From Octopus bimaculoides (Eukaryota): DNA of 64,000 nt. Where the stretch lies: positions 54,291,825-54,355,824 of the forward strand of contig NC_068987.1 in NCBI RefSeq assembly GCF_001194135.2. The letters run 5' to 3'. Under the pieces are notes generated by a model. That model was not told the DNA's origin. It saw nothing but the letters and a program-made list of their open reading frames with translations, and did no database searches. The position numbers and the translations under genes are program-made. This document shows, piece by piece, positions 63,300-64,000 of the stretch (the first letter of the stretch is position 1; each line of letters begins with the position of its first letter).

Positions 63300-64000
63300 T
63301 ACTAGTCTTGTCAAATCGTTAGAAGATGATAAGGATTCACTCCTCTGTTTGCAATATATCAGACACAGGTTGTGTTGTTAACCAGCTAGAGATGTTCTCC
63401 TGAGGTTGAAAAATAGTACCGTCGTAACGACGTTCCATACAGAACAGCCATGTTGAAGTAGCAATAAACATTACTTTTCAATATAGTTACTACTGGCATC
63501 TCCTATAGAGATTTTAGAACTAGCTTCTTTGCTAATAATCTATTTTATTTCTTTTACAGCTGAATTTGTAAATACATTATTTAAATTATTTACTGTATTT
63601 ACATTTGACAGATATTTGTCCTCATCCGTCGAATGTAGATAATGTAAATAATTTAGATAATGTACATAATTCCTCATCTCTTAAATATTGAACTGAATTT
63701 GTATATATTTATAAAACATTCCGGTATCATATTCCATAAATCAAACTGTCTATTTTCACATAGTTTGATATATATAAATATATCGAAACACCAGTGTTAT
63801 GATGATGGCAGCTGATGAAGGAAATGTTCTCTATGTGGCTTGTGTGTTTTCTGTACCTTCTTTATCATTTTGTTCATGTTTTTTTTTGCAACGTCATGTA
63901 CCCAGATATGCATCTATATACACATGTAGATAAAGGTATGTACATGCATCTTCATATATATGCATATACTCATATATTATTTATATATATATATATATAT

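Noticed and set aside
1-64000. CRISPR arrays or prokaryotic operons
   Set aside because: Spliced eukaryotic locus; repeats are microsatellites and dispersed transposons, not repeat-spacer arrays.

Overview
Repeat-dense, gapped animal scaffold. The SINE, RTE and microsatellite landscape suggests an octopus or other coleoid genome (inference). One host gene is present on the + strand: the tRNA (cytosine-38) methyltransferase DNMT2/TRDMT1, as eight GT-AG exons between 4848 and 38662. These splice into one open frame of 392 codons plus stop, with intact PPCQ, ENV, RxRYY, CFT..Y and GNS motifs. The first exon (motif I) is not visible and probably lies upstream or in a gap. The rest is mobile DNA: five decayed mariners, pogo/Tigger elements, hAT-, piggyBac- and mariner-type MITEs, three or four tRNA-head SINE families, RTE, CR1 and R4/Dong LINE fragments, and a rearranged Penelope-like (GIY-YIG) element. 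Most notable observations: (1) a series of minimal type-I hammerhead-ribozyme-like motifs of several unrelated families, including a U3-A8 covariant pair in the Penelope inverted repeats; (2) a 272-bp near-perfect hairpin in a DNMT2 intron; (3) a split AG|G Arg codon at the conserved CFTKGY glycine that A-to-I editing could restore; (4) a 50-bp inverted templated insertion at a palindrome; (5) an Illumina adapter left in the assembly. Coordinates were counted by eye, so repeat boundaries are approximate.
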